55,016 bases of DNA from a virus (lineage: Duplodnaviria > Caudoviricetes), in IMG/VR virus record IMGVR_UViG_3300025671_000081, positions 1 to 55,016 of that record; one strand, written 5' to 3'. The notes beneath the pieces are model-generated. The model saw only the letters and a list, made by a program, of their open reading frames with translations. It did not search any database and was not told the origin of the DNA. Of this stretch, positions 37,720 through 47,694 are shown piece by piece (the stretch's first letter is position 1; every line of letters starts with the position of its first letter). Position numbers and translations under genes: made by a program.

Positions 37720-39735
37720 TTAAATGGCTTGCTGCCACTCGTCAGGCAAAGGCGGAGGAACTGCCGCCGCCTGCTCTATTTCCATCTTCGTTTTTTGCTG
37801 ATCAACGTCTTCTGATTCTGCGCGCTCTCGTGTGTACTGAGCGTCTGCCTTGGCCTTGTCGACTTTCGCGGCCAGCTCTTCCAGTTTCAGCATGACTTCA
37901 CGCATCTGAAGCTCATCCATTTCCTTCTGCTTCTGCTGCTGCTCCTGCATCTGCGCTTGCTGCTCTGGCGTCATATCTTCAGGATCAATTTCACCTGTAA
38001 ATTTCTGCACCAGCTTCATGAGTTCAATGCGTTTTTCTTCCGGCACGTCCAGCTGATCAACAAAGATACCCAGGCCAGCCATCTGAGCGTCGCCCGGCAG
38101 CTTGGAAATAAAGTCCATGAGCATTTGCGAGACTTGAGCGCGGTAACCCGGCGACTGTTGAATCTCACCCAGCACCACTTGTGTTTTCGCCTGAGCGATA
38201 GCGTTGGTCATTTCGCCGTCCTGGTCATTGTTCAGTACGACCTGCTTCGGCTTCTCGCCCAACTTGCCCGGCACCATGATTTGAATGTTTCGGCTCTCTG
38301 TCATTTCCTCGACTTCGTGAGCCATGACCAGTTCACCAACCATCTGGCGAGCGTTGTTGTAGTTGTCGTTAATGTCAGCCAGTGTCGTTGCGCCCTGCTC
38401 AACCAGAGAGTTAATTGCCACGCCAGACTGAGCGCCGCCCTCTTTACCCAAGAACGCGTTGTAAATACCCGCGACATCCTGAATCAGCATCTTGGCGTCT
38501 TGCATGATCTGGAATTGCTGAGCACCGATACCCTGATCTGATTCGACTTTGAATAGCGCTCCGCCCTCACGCTTACCGGCACCGTTCAACTTAACAATAC
38601 CGTCAGCCTGGTGAACCTGCTGGCGCAGATCGTTATCACTCATCGCCGTTGCGTCATCATCCATGGTGATCCGCTTGTAATTCAAGTCACCAGTCAGGCG
38701 AATGCGACGGAAGTTAATTTCGTCTTGCGGGCTGAGCATTGAGCGACCCAGTCCATACGGAATACCAGTCTCATCTTCACGCGCACCGAAGAACGGTACA
38801 TACGGATACATATTGTGAGGATGCGGACTGGCCATATCCTTGACGAAGTGCGGACCGATATACCAACTCAATCGAAGTGACGGCACCGAGCACTTTATGA
38901 TTTTCACCCGACCCGAAACCACCATCGCGTTGTGAATCGGGTTGTCCTCCTGATACACCACTGCGCGGCCATCTTCCGAGCGCAATACGATGCCGGGCAT
39001 CCATACGCGGTAATACAGCTCGTACACCTTCACCATGTCACGGTGCGGTAAAATCCATTCCTTCTCGTCACGAGTGCTGTACTGATATTCGCGGTACGCC
39101 TGAGACAACGTGTCGCCTTTGTCGTAAAAATCATCCATATCGAATGACGACCACTGGCCAATACTGTGCTTGATGATTTCTTGTTGGCTTGGGAAGAAAG
39201 CCTCAGCCTCGTCCTTATCAACCCAGCGTTCACGCAGGAGCCAGCTACAGTTATTCAGATCCGCAGCGGTGCGCCAGTCGAATGAAATTTCATTTCTGTG
39301 CACCGTGCTGATTTTGTATTTTGATCCCAGCGAGTTACTGTTCTTTTTAACTTCCACCCAGCCGATACCAGAAATCACCTGAGCCTTGTACGCTTCCGCA
39401 CATGCCTGATTTGCCTTGCCGGTTCGCAGGCCCTCATTCAGACGGACATTCAGACCTTCAGCCACTTCCCTGAATTCATCGTCGTCAGCACGAACGAACC
39501 AGTCAGTACGGCTACGCGCCTCCATACCCAACACACCATTGATCGCAGGCTGCATCAGATTGGTGATCAGAATCGGAAGTTTCTTAGCCTTCAGCGAGTT
39601 AATCACTTCCTGATCGAGCTGGTTGCCGTCGTAATACTGGTGGCACCGTGAAGCGAGACCGCGCCACTCTGGCTGATAGTCGCGTTCCTGCAGAATCTTA
39701 TGCAGTCGCATACTGTGCTTCAGATCGTCAGCCAT
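37720..39735 (-). CDS. portal protein (P22-like)
   Basis: YYDGNQL, NL..P.I..VLG.E, YPYVPFFG, PYGL.R, SGVAI; Gln-rich tail. Confidence 0.88.
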   Translation of the reverse strand: MADDLKHSMRLHKILQERDYQPEWRGLASRCHQYYDGNQLDQEVINSLKAKKLPILITNLMQPAINGVLGMEARSRTDWFVRADDDEFREVAEGLNVRLNEGLRTGKANQACAEAYKAQVISGIGWVEVKKNSNSLGSKYKISTVHRNEISFDWRTAADLNNCSWLLRERWVDKDEAEAFFPSQQEIIKHSIGQWSSFDMDDFYDKGDTLSQAYREYQYSTRDEKEWILPHRDMVKVYELYYRVWMPGIVLRSEDGRAVVYQEDNPIHNAMVVSGRVKIIKCSVPSLRLSWYIGPHFVKDMASPHPHNMYPYVPFFGAREDETGIPYGLGRSMLSPQDEINFRRIRLTGDLNYKRITMDDDATAMSDNDLRQQVHQADGIVKLNGAGKREGGALFKVESDQGIGAQQFQIMQDAKMLIQDVAGIYNAFLGKEGGAQSGVAINSLVEQGATTLADINDNYNNARQMVGELVMAHEVEEMTESRNIQIMVPGKLGEKPKQVVLNNDQDGEMTNAIAQAKTQVVLGEIQQSPGYRAQVSQMLMDFISKLPGDAQMAGLGIFVDQLDVPEEKRIELMKLVQKFTGEIDPEDMTPEQQAQMQEQQQKQKEMDELQMREVMLKLEELAAKVDKAKADAQYTRERAESEDVDQQKTKMEIEQAAAVPPPLPDEWQQAI

Positions 39736-39738
39736 TTA

Positions 39739-41217
39739 TTACGCCATCCAGTGATCAGAGTTTGTTGATTGAACCGTTCGCCCGTCGATAGGCTTTGTGC
39801 TCATCACGCGAACCAGCATGATGATTAAGTAACGCATTGCGTCCATCAGGTGATCGTTCTCCTTAACGACCTTGCCGCTGTCGTCCCGGCGATACAGACC
39901 TATTTCGTGCCATACGCCGGTCAGGTTGCTGAATATCTTTAATCGACCAGTGGCTAGGCGTTCATTCACCGCCAACAGTCCAGCTTCAACCGCGTTGTCG
40001 GCCTTGATCAATTTCAGCCCTTGCGCAACGTAGATATCGAAAAGATTCTCGCCGTCTTTTTGTCCGCGACCTTTCGATGCCGGATCAATAGTGCCCACCA
40101 CCCAATCGCCACGCGCTTTAACCGCGGCAGAATGTTCAGCAGGAGTGACCTGCCCCATGTAGTGCTCGGTGTACAGATAAACGATGTCGTTGTCTCTGTC
40201 CCACGCGCCCCAGACCACTGCTGTTTTATTCCAACCCACGTCCATGCCGTAGGCTTTCGGCCAGTGCTTCGGGATCATAAATGGCTTGCACTTAATGTCG
40301 TCCGGGTCATACGGATAAATCGCACCGGAACCTAATGACGGCTCACCATTCATACGCGCTTTAAGCTGATAGGGTTTCAGCTTCAGCGACTTAATCAGCT
40401 TGTCTTTCTGATCCTCTGACAGGTGCGGAGCGTGAGCCCAGCCAGCCTTAACCAGATACCGAGGGTTTTCGGTATCGGTAAGCACCTGATCCTTACAGGA
40501 ATCCAGAAACGCCAGCACCAGCTCTGTTAATCCAGATAGAGGCGTAAACGTCAGGATGAAAATACCGTTCGTGGTCATCGTCCGTATCAACGCCTCTTCG
40601 TAAACGTCATACGGACATTCTTCATCCATCCAGATGATGTCCTCTTCCGTGCCCTGGAAGATTTTTCGCCCCTGATCGTAGGAGCGCAGCTTTAATACCG
40701 ACCACTCACCATCAACGTGCTTAACCGGCACCGTGTCGTAAGCGTCAGACACGCCCGGCTTAATAGTCGGCTTGCCCAGCAAGTGCTTAGGAATAATCCC
40801 AGTTCCCCATGCCGGCGTGTCGTACTTACCACCGAACAGCTTCTTCTGAATGATGTCTCGAGTGGTCTGGTTCGTGTCACCTGCAGCCAGGGCATTGATC
40901 TGACGATTAAACCGCTTGCCATCCCACCATTCCGGGTAAAGTCCGGTTAAATGGCAGTATAGCTCATACCCACCGGCTTCCGTCTTACCAACGCGGTTAC
41001 CGGCCATAAACAGGCGCTCAGAGTGATAAGCACCAGCCGTAAAAAATTCAGTATGCTTCGGATAGAGTGCGCGCCTTAGCGGCCCCTCATCCTGAAATAA
41101 TTCGCCAACGCGGTTGTACCTGCGTCGACGTTCTTTCTCTTCCAGTAGCGCGAGCAATTCACGCTTACGATCAAGACTCAGATGCTTCAGATGCGAGGCG
41201 TCGAATTCGCTCATCAA
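39739..41217 (-). CDS. terL: terminase large subunit
   Basis: Walker A AGNRVGKT, Walker B IWMDEE, TFTPL.G, nuclease GMDVG and DHLMDAMRY. Confidence 0.93.
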   Translation of the reverse strand: MMSEFDASHLKHLSLDRKRELLALLEEKERRRRYNRVGELFQDEGPLRRALYPKHTEFFTAGAYHSERLFMAGNRVGKTEAGGYELYCHLTGLYPEWWDGKRFNRQINALAAGDTNQTTRDIIQKKLFGGKYDTPAWGTGIIPKHLLGKPTIKPGVSDAYDTVPVKHVDGEWSVLKLRSYDQGRKIFQGTEEDIIWMDEECPYDVYEEALIRTMTTNGIFILTFTPLSGLTELVLAFLDSCKDQVLTDTENPRYLVKAGWAHAPHLSEDQKDKLIKSLKLKPYQLKARMNGEPSLGSGAIYPYDPDDIKCKPFMIPKHWPKAYGMDVGWNKTAVVWGAWDRDNDIVYLYTEHYMGQVTPAEHSAAVKARGDWVVGTIDPASKGRGQKDGENLFDIYVAQGLKLIKADNAVEAGLLAVNERLATGRLKIFSNLTGVWHEIGLYRRDDSGKVVKENDHLMDAMRYLIIMLVRVMSTKPIDGRTVQSTNSDHWMA

Positions 41218-41761
41218 TCTGGGCTTCCGTTAGCTTCGCCTCTGGCTTCTCATCATCTTGCGGCGCGTCCAGGTTGTATGCCTGACGTTCGATCTTTACC
41301 AGCTTTTCCATGGCGGTGACCATGTTGCTTGCAGCTTTACCCATGTAATCCAGAGGCAGATCAATACCAACAATTTCACCGTCACGGTCTTGAACCTCGA
41401 TGCGACCAGCGTCAACCTGATCACCCAGTTTTTCCAGCATGGCGCTTACAACGTCACGGCCTTTCTTCGCCCAAGCCCGATGCTGAAACACAACGCTTGC
41501 GGCAGTGGTGGCGGCGGCTTCAATAATTGCTTCATCTGACGGTCGCGGCATTGACGAATCTTCGCTACCTGTCGTCAGAATATCCCGCGTTCTGTCTTGG
41601 ACGTTTTTACTCAGGTCTTTCGTCCAGCCCTTGCTTTTTGCTTTTTGCGAAATGGTCATGGAGCGCGGGCCGTGCATGGTTTCCAGCTGGCGAAACGAAT
41701 ACAGGCCGGTGCGATAATCTTTTTCAATCGCCTCCCAGTCGTACGTTGGTCTCTTAGCCAT
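41171..41761 (-). CDS. terS: terminase small subunit
   Basis: DWEAIEKDYR.G..S.R..GW; ERQAYNL; upstream of terL. Confidence 0.8.
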   Translation of the reverse strand: MAKRPTYDWEAIEKDYRTGLYSFRQLETMHGPRSMTISQKAKSKGWTKDLSKNVQDRTRDILTTGSEDSSMPRPSDEAIIEAAATTAASVVFQHRAWAKKGRDVVSAMLEKLGDQVDAGRIEVQDRDGEIVGIDLPLDYMGKAASNMVTAMEKLVKIERQAYNLDAPQDDEKPEAKLTEAQIDERIRRLASEASES

Positions 41762-41851
41762 AAATCACCACCATCACAAACAGCACATAAAACAAAGCCC
41801 CGACAAACGGGGCTTCAATCTCTTTAAATAAACAACGTCGCTCGCCAGCTG

Positions 41852-42133
41852 TCAGGGCCCGACACCCTGGACTACTTCACGACAATGCTCTACGCTCCTG
41901 AAGTAGATCAGGAGGTCACGCATATCTCTTTCTACGAGCAACACCTGAGCATTGCCCTTTTGATCCTCAGTCGCGGCCGGAAGTGCTGGAATCGGCGGAA
42001 TGCACGCCGCCAGTTCCGTTGTCCGCTCGTCCTGACAGATCAGATCCGTCGCCCCCTTCATCGTCGCGCACCCGGCCACGAAGAAAGCGCATATTCCAGC
42101 TACCAACAGGGTCGCCGTGAATTTCTTTAACAT
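41852..42133 (-). CDS. outer-membrane lipoprotein spanin (Rz1-like)
   Basis: Signal peptide with lipobox VAG-C; overlaps upstream gene in another frame. Confidence 0.65.
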   Translation of the reverse strand: MLKKFTATLLVAGICAFFVAGCATMKGATDLICQDERTTELAACIPPIPALPAATEDQKGNAQVLLVERDMRDLLIYFRSVEHCREVVQGVGP

Positions 42134-42230
42134 CGTCCCGATACTCCTGCTCTCGTTTCTGCGCCTCAGACGCCCGGAAAAACCCGAGCGCTGCGCTGAT
42201 CAACTTTAGTAACGTGGAGAAGCCGCGCAC
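41967..42230 (-). CDS. putative inner-membrane spanin (Rz-like)
   Basis: N-terminal hydrophobic helix; overlapped by lipoprotein gene. Confidence 0.5.
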   Translation of the reverse strand: MRGFSTLLKLISAALGFFRASEAQKREQEYRDDVKEIHGDPVGSWNMRFLRGRVRDDEGGDGSDLSGRADNGTGGVHSADSSTSGRD

Positions 42231-42571
42231 TATTTCAGCGCCTTGTTAATGCCGCGACTGTCAATTTTGAACGGGTCGTTCGGCTTCTGCTTCGCAAACA
42301 GGAAGTTAAGCGCCAGGTAATCGATCACCTTATACAGCTTACCGATAATGCGGTTATCACTCGGAGTAGGCGTTAGCGACACGATCAACGACGCAACAGG
42401 ACTCAACAGGAACAATACCGCCAGCGCCTTTTCTACCGGATTAAGAACAGACCAGAGGCCGACCACCATGGCCGCCGCGTCCGTATCAATAACAGCAGCC
42501 TCAGCCGCAAATACCAGAGCCGGAGCAAAGAGCAGCCCAAGCGTTAAAAACACTGTAGTAATAAATTTCAT
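42230..42571 (-). CDS. holin-like membrane protein
   Basis: TM helices; AS.I..LTPTPSDN...KLYK.ID.LALN motif. Confidence 0.6.
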   Translation of the reverse strand: MKFITTVFLTLGLLFAPALVFAAEAAVIDTDAAAMVVGLWSVLNPVEKALAVLFLLSPVASLIVSLTPTPSDNRIIGKLYKVIDYLALNFLFAKQKPNDPFKIDSRGINKALK

Positions 42572-42663
42572 CGCTAATACCTTTCGGTCAATTAGAAAAA
42601 AACCCGCACGATTTGAGCTTCACAGTCGGGAACCCCCGACCCTCGATAGGCTTGGCGGGTGTA

Positions 42664-43227
42664 TTAGTTGTCGTGACTTTCATTGTGGCGCTGCTCAACA
42701 ACGCGGAAGCCAACATACGGCCACAGCTCAAAGACTGCGTTCTGAATCGCAACCTTAACACCCACTTCGTCGTTATCATTTTCTGGCGATACTGACACGC
42801 TTGGCCGACCAGTCACGGTAAATCCGTTATCCATGGTCAGGATGGCAAAGCGCAGAACGCTACCAGATTCGATCTGGTGGCGAATAATCTCCACCTTCTT
42901 GATACTGCCATGCAGCTCATCCAGCGAGACGCGACGCGCATTCAGTCCGCGAGCTTCGATCATGCCTTCGGTTACCACATCGTCTACAGACTTTTCGGCA
43001 ATGAGTGGCTGAGCCTGATACTCTTTGTCAAAAACAGGCGTAGGCGACCAGCTGATATAGCCTTCATGGCCAGGGTGATTCGATTCGCCACCATAGACGT
43101 ATTCCACCAGAAAACCAGCGTCAGCAGGATTCTCGTCAGCAGGACACTCCCAGCCGCGATACTCATTGTATTCGCCACGAGTCATTGGCTTGGCCAGCAC
43201 GCGCTTGGTACCGATAAATTCTTGCAT
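42664..43227 (-). CDS. phage Gp49/66-like fusion protein
   Basis: FIGTK..A.PMTR.EYN.YRGW N-domain plus L...NGFTVTG..SVSPEN...G...A..NA C-domain. Confidence 0.7.
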   Translation of the reverse strand: MQEFIGTKRVLAKPMTRGEYNEYRGWECPADENPADAGFLVEYVYGGESNHPGHEGYISWSPTPVFDKEYQAQPLIAEKSVDDVVTEGMIEARGLNARRVSLDELHGSIKKVEIIRHQIESGSVLRFAILTMDNGFTVTGRPSVSVSPENDNDEVGVKVAIQNAVFELWPYVGFRVVEQRHNESHDN

Positions 43228-43700
43228 TACATCGCCCCTTTCAGGAAATTGACCACATCCATATTCGGACGCGGTGAGATGGTTGTGTATTCGCCTTTCT
43301 TGTCGCGCACCCAGATAACAGGGTTTCCGTTTGACGTTGGCCGCTTATCCAGATGCAGCATCCAGTGAGGTTTGCCGTCGTACTGCGTATCGAAATACAG
43401 ACCGATACCAGTAAAGCCGCAACGGATTGCAACGATCAGCGCGTGGAATGGATCGCAGTCGCAGAACACGTCACCAGCGTCTGACTTGCGACCGCTGCCG
43501 ACGTAATGACGGCTCGTCTCGCTGCCATCCTCACGAATCCAGCCACCTTTAACTGGCGACGGATTAACAATGCAGCCCAACTGAACACGGAAGAACTCAA
43601 GCGCATAGATAAAGCCAGGCTCTATCTTTTCCAAAACACCCGCGGGAAACTCGCCCGGGCTAAAGTGTTCAATGTCAGACCAGTCAATAATTTGCTTCAT
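43227..43700 (-). CDS. endolysin, peptidase M15-like
   Basis: HFSP.EF, SRH..G..A.D, GF.GIG.Y, LHLD.R zinc-ligand pattern. Confidence 0.75.
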   Translation of the reverse strand: MKQIIDWSDIEHFSPGEFPAGVLEKIEPGFIYALEFFRVQLGCIVNPSPVKGGWIREDGSETSRHYVGSGRKSDAGDVFCDCDPFHALIVAIRCGFTGIGLYFDTQYDGKPHWMLHLDKRPTSNGNPVIWVRDKKGEYTTISPRPNMDVVNFLKGAM

Positions 43701-44035
43701 GCGAACGCCTTGTAAATTCTTAGAGCTGTGCCGATTGTCACGCACATTACACAGACTGTTAATCCCATTGCGATTTTAGCGACGGGGCCAGCCTCGTACA
43801 TGGTTTCGTTTTTGTCTGCCTGCCAAGCCTTACGGCAGTGGTTGGAACCATCGACCGGCTTGAACGCATAGTTTATTACGCGCTCCTGAATAACCCAGAA
43901 ACGCTCAGATCCGCGCGCAGCGAAATATCCAGTGCGAGCCGAAATAGTTGAATCTGGATTGCCACCGAATACCGAATTACCAAACTGATCGAGGGACAAC
44001 AGTATGTTGTAAACATACGAATTACGCTCAGTCAT
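43697..44035 (-). CDS. hypothetical phage membrane-associated protein
   Basis: N.L.SLDQ.GN...GG.PD.TISAR, NHC motif; GGAGG RBS. Confidence 0.7.
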   Translation of the reverse strand: MTERNSYVYNILLSLDQFGNSVFGGNPDSTISARTGYFAARGSERFWVIQERVINYAFKPVDGSNHCRKAWQADKNETMYEAGPVAKIAMGLTVCVMCVTIGTALRIYKAFA

Positions 44036-44529
44036 ACCCCCTCCTGATCGTTTCCCGGTTGTTCCGCTGAATACTCGCTCAAATTGTCGAGCGACCACTC
44101 TGAGCCAAGCACCAGCTCAATCGCTAGGTTCGCGGCGTCTGTCATTTCCTCAGGCACAGATGCAGCAAGGGTCGCGTTATCGAACTCGCTGCTCTGGAGC
44201 TTGCGCATAAACGTGATAGTAAAATCGATCTTTTCCCACTCAGTGAATAATCGGCGCGAGATCTCGTTACCGGATTCATCAACTCCGCCGAGCAGCGGCT
44301 TAAATAACTGATACTCACGAAGAGTTAAATACCCCAGCGGGGTAAACGACTCGCCATCGTCATCGCTGAACTTTTTGCCGCGATAGATGTGAATCTCAAA
44401 TGTCTGGCCACCCTGAGTGACATCCAGCACAGATAGCGGCGAGTGGTTTGCGTAATCAGAATGGATACCGGGAATAACAACAGAGACCATTTGATGATCG
44501 GGAAGATCTGCTGCATTAATCAGGCTCAT
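44032..44529 (-). CDS. hypothetical protein
   Basis: 165-aa coupled ORF. Confidence 0.7.
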   Translation of the reverse strand: MSLINAADLPDHQMVSVVIPGIHSDYANHSPLSVLDVTQGGQTFEIHIYRGKKFSDDDGESFTPLGYLTLREYQLFKPLLGGVDESGNEISRRLFTEWEKIDFTITFMRKLQSSEFDNATLAASVPEEMTDAANLAIELVLGSEWSLDNLSEYSAEQPGNDQEGV

Positions 44530-45242
44530 AGCGCGCCCTCTGCGTATTCGATGACTCTATCTCCGTCACCCACCCAGAAATCATCGCTAGGTTTTTTAGT
44601 GACTGTCTCCCAGTCTCCGGGCACATAGTTAATAATCGTGCCATTGTTGCCGCCTACGGTATCACGCAGCACACCACCGTTGTCATCGAATGGCCAGTAG
44701 TTTGTTGTAACGCCCGACTGCTTTATCTCGATGCTGAAAACATTTCCGCTATAGTTAGGAATTCCGGTATTGCTGCTCCACTTCGTGAAAAATGAATCTA
44801 GCACAATCGGGCCAGAATACGATGCCGTCGCCAGCAGAGTGCCGTTTGCGTAAAAACTGACCGTGCTACCTGATTTAATATACTCAAATTTGTGAATTAC
44901 TCCCGTCGCTGGAACCTCCGATAGAACTGTATTGGACGGAAATCCATAACCAGAAATCCCAGTCCCATTCGTTAAAAACCGAGATTCGTTTTCGTTATCA
45001 TTCGTCGTATCAGCGAAAAACCAGCCACCACTCGCACCAGGCCATTTAGCATAAAACTCAATCTCGCAATCGCCAGCGACTGTTATCGTGCTGTCTAACG
45101 ATACATGTTGAGTGGCGTTGAGGTTCATAATTGCGCGGGTAATAGCACTCACTCGTCGATAGAACCGATCTCCCGGATCTAACGGATTGCGCCAGGGCGA
45201 TAGGATGCCGCTCTTACGAATGCCGCTTTGCGCTTTAATCAC
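44526..45242 (-). CDS. LamG/concanavalin-like domain protein
   Basis: Beta-rich; FY.NG, YSGNVFSIEI, YWPFDD..G..RD..GGNNGT. Confidence 0.6.
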   Translation of the reverse strand: MIKAQSGIRKSGILSPWRNPLDPGDRFYRRVSAITRAIMNLNATQHVSLDSTITVAGDCEIEFYAKWPGASGGWFFADTTNDNENESRFLTNGTGISGYGFPSNTVLSEVPATGVIHKFEYIKSGSTVSFYANGTLLATASYSGPIVLDSFFTKWSSNTGIPNYSGNVFSIEIKQSGVTTNYWPFDDNGGVLRDTVGGNNGTIINYVPGDWETVTKKPSDDFWVGDGDRVIEYAEGAL

Positions 45243-45535
45243 TGACTGCTCACGCTCACTGAGTATTCTGCGCCGGTATTCGTTGGCGTCAGAACAATAA
45301 ATGCGAGAGAGCCAGCTTCGACTTGGATCATGCCGTTTTCGGGGATGACGTTTTCGCCGTCGGCGCCAGGATTGCGAGCGTCCGCAACGTCAAAGCCTTT
45401 CGGCACTACAGTAAGCGTAACGTCGCCGGTCGAGCCTTTGATGTGAACGGTGTGCAGCGACACGGAATCAATGACAGGAATGTTTTGCACTCCAGTGAAC
45501 GGCCCGAAGACCGCGCTCTTAGTAATATCAGCCAT
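45239..45535 (-). CDS. hypothetical beta-rich protein
   Basis: 98-aa coupled ORF. Confidence 0.65.
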   Translation of the reverse strand: MADITKSAVFGPFTGVQNIPVIDSVSLHTVHIKGSTGDVTLTVVPKGFDVADARNPGADGENVIPENGMIQVEAGSLAFIVLTPTNTGAEYSVSVSSQ

Positions 45536-45773
45536 TCGTCCCGTCTCCCCGAATCTGTCGATCAGTCAGCACCGCAATATCTTTATCATGCTGGCTGATT
45601 ATCGTCGCGTGCTCATCAAGCCGCGTCTGATGTCGAATGTGCTGCTCATCGTGCACTGACAACTTAAACGAGATCATGCCGTAGATTTTACCAAGCCCGA
45701 TCAGCTGCACAGCAAAAGTTGCGAACAGTCCGACCACCGCGATCAGTATGTTCATGTCGACGTTTTCAAGCAT
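45528..45773 (-). CDS. single-TM coiled-coil protein (holin/antiholin-like), first late gene
   Basis: N-terminal TM helix; start placed after tR'-like terminator. Confidence 0.55.
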   Translation of the reverse strand: MLENVDMNILIAVVGLFATFAVQLIGLGKIYGMISFKLSVHDEQHIRHQTRLDEHATIISQHDKDIAVLTDRQIRGDGTNG

Positions 45774-45792
45774 GATTAAAAATCCCAGACGC

Positions 45793-45825
45793 AAAAAAGC
45801 CCGGATCAGATTTAACTGCCGGGCT
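45793..45825 (-). terminator. tR'-like terminator
   Basis: GCCCGG stem plus T6 just downstream of the promoter. Confidence 0.7.
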
Positions 45826-45857
45826 GCTTTAAGGTCACTGACGACCAATTTACTGAT

Positions 45858-45886
45858 TTTATACCCTAGCTGCGCAGGAGTGTCAA
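45858..45886 (-). promoter_or_regulatory. sigma70 late promoter (pR'-like)
   Basis: TTGACA-17 bp-TATAAA on minus strand. Confidence 0.8.
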
Positions 45887-45926
45887 CAATTATCAACGCT
45901 GGATGTTAATTCAGGGGCAGTTGGTG

Positions 45927-46466
45927 TTAGAACGGAATGCCGTCATCAAAGTCATCGAAGCTGTTACTCGGCGCTGGCATCTGCTGCGCTGGAGCTTGCT
46001 GAGGCGCCGAACCTTGCTGTGGTTGCTGATACTGAGGGTTTGACTGTCCAGCCTGCTGTTGAGGTGCTGACGCTTGCTGAGGCTGCGCCATCTGTGCGCC
46101 TGGTTGCTGATAGCCACCCTGATCATTCTGTTGGCGGCTATCCAACATCATCATTTCATTGCAGATGATCTCAGTGGTGTAGCGCTTAATGCCGTCCTTC
46201 TCCCACTCTCGAGTACGCAGCTTGCCTTCGAAGTAGGCGCGCGAACCTTTCTTCAGGTACTGCTGGCAAATTTCAGCCAGACGACCGTATACAGTTAGTC
46301 GGTGCCACTCAGTCTGTTCTACCTTCTGGCCGGTTGCCTTGTCGTTGTAACTTTCATCTGTTGCCAGTGACAGGTTGGCCACTGCATTGCCATTGGGCAT
46401 ATAACGAACTTCCGGGTCACGCCCAAGAGTACCGATCAGAGTTACTTTGTTAATTGCTCTTGCCAT
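45927..46466 (-). CDS. ssb: single-stranded DNA-binding protein
   Basis: [22 protein letters not shown]; C-terminal DFDDGIPF. Confidence 0.96.
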   Translation of the reverse strand: MARAINKVTLIGTLGRDPEVRYMPNGNAVANLSLATDESYNDKATGQKVEQTEWHRLTVYGRLAEICQQYLKKGSRAYFEGKLRTREWEKDGIKRYTTEIICNEMMMLDSRQQNDQGGYQQPGAQMAQPQQASAPQQQAGQSNPQYQQPQQGSAPQQAPAQQMPAPSNSFDDFDDGIPF

Positions 46467-46582
46467 TTCTACTCACCTTTCGTATTTGTCCCGGCTCTGC
46501 CAGGACGGTTATTGTCATGTCTCCGCTGCTATATCGTCAGCCGGTGACAGTACGCCGCCCGGCTGCTTTAGCATGTTCAGCT

Positions 46583-47140
46583 TCACGGCTCAAAACTCAG
46601 AACTTCTGAAACAAGAATTGACTGTTCAACTGCTCTGTCGTCAGCTAGGAAGCTGTACTCATAACAGTGTACTGCCAGAGTCTCTTTCCACAACCTCTTA
46701 GACGCCTCCAGCGACTGGGTCGGGGTTTCAGATAAAACTCTATCGACGTACATTGCATGCTTGTCTGCAAAGTTTCCATGCCCATCCTGATTCCCTATTG
46801 CTCGAAACTGGTTCGCGCATTCTATGAGCATGTCTTTTGCGCCAGACGCAGCACCCCGCAACCGCTCCACCTGCGCGGCTAGTTCGTTAGCCTTCTGGTT
46901 AAACAGCCATTCGGCACGATCCCAGGCGGCGTTTACTATCTTCTGCTTGTCCGCCGGTAGTCCATCCAAACCCCAGCTAGCGTTAAAATCTTCCCGCGTC
47001 TGTGTGTACGGTACTTTTTCTAGTCGTTCGACTTTTGCGGCTAGTTCGCTGCTTTCGCGGGTTAACTCTTCTATTGTCGCTTCATGCTTAACACAAAGCT
47101 CTGACAGTGTTTTTTGGCTTACTAATGTGTATTTATTCAT
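46583..47140 (-). CDS. hypothetical protein
   Basis: 185-aa ORF, internal ELAAxVERL repeat. Confidence 0.7.
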   Translation of the reverse strand: MNKYTLVSQKTLSELCVKHEATIEELTRESSELAAKVERLEKVPYTQTREDFNASWGLDGLPADKQKIVNAAWDRAEWLFNQKANELAAQVERLRGAASGAKDMLIECANQFRAIGNQDGHGNFADKHAMYVDRVLSETPTQSLEASKRLWKETLAVHCYEYSFLADDRAVEQSILVSEVLSFEP

Positions 47141-47154
47141 ACCCTACCCTCTGT

Positions 47155-47203
47155 TAATAACACACGCCAGCACGAGACAAAGCTCGTGTGTGCGGCGTTA
47201 TTG
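47155..47203 (+). repeat. solitary attC-like site 15 (anchor class)
   Basis: AATAACACACGCCAGCACGAGACAAAGCTCGTGTGTGCGGCGTTATT; GTTA overlaps stop of minus-strand ORF. Confidence 0.72.
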
Positions 47204-47458
47204 CTCTCCGCTCAAATCTTCCGCGTAAACCTGGATCATTCCTTTCATCTGAATCTCTTCCTTGAGCCAGTGGTAATGCTTCAGGTGCCACCAGTCGCCT
47301 GTTGTGATGAACTTCCGTCCACGCTCTACCCCTCTCAGCTTTAGCGGGGTATTGAGAAACGTCCATTCACTGCGTCTGAGATCCAGCTCCTTGGCCAGCT
47401 CTTGTGCCTGTTTCAGCTCGCCAGCGAGAATAAATAGCTTATCGTTAGTCACTTGCAC
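47198..47458 (-). CDS. hypothetical protein
   Basis: 86-aa ORF in nin-like operon. Confidence 0.65.
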   Translation of the reverse strand: MQVTNDKLFILAGELKQAQELAKELDLRRSEWTFLNTPLKLRGVERGRKFITTGDWWHLKHYHWLKEEIQMKGMIQVYAEDLSGEQ

Positions 47459-47694
47459 GCCCTTTTTTCGGAATCGATCAACCAGTTGTTCTTAATACCC
47501 AGCAACCAACTGTACGTATAAAACCCACTTAGCAGGAGTATTCCCCACTGCTCCGCCGTGTACGCTGAGTAAAACCAGAATGGCTGGCCGCACAACCCAA
47601 ACAGGCAGGCGTACTTCTTCCATTCTTCTCGACTTTGCTGAGTGAGCCATATCGCTATGACTCCAGTTACTGCAATTGCTATCTGATCAAGCAT
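47449..47694 (-). CDS. small membrane protein
   Basis: Three TM helices; GL.GQPFW..QWG motif. Confidence 0.7.
   Translation of the reverse strand: MLDQIAIAVTGVIAIWLTQQSREEWKKYACLFGLCGQPFWFYSAYTAEQWGILLLSGFYTYSWLLGIKNNWLIDSEKRACK

Noticed and set aside
14500-45500. Numerous + strand ORFs across the virion and lysis operons
   Set aside because: Antisense shadows of well-supported minus-strand genes, without RBS or motifs
46482-46515. Another attC near the ssb start (hairpin followed by GGTTATTG)
   Set aside because: No matching TAAC box upstream
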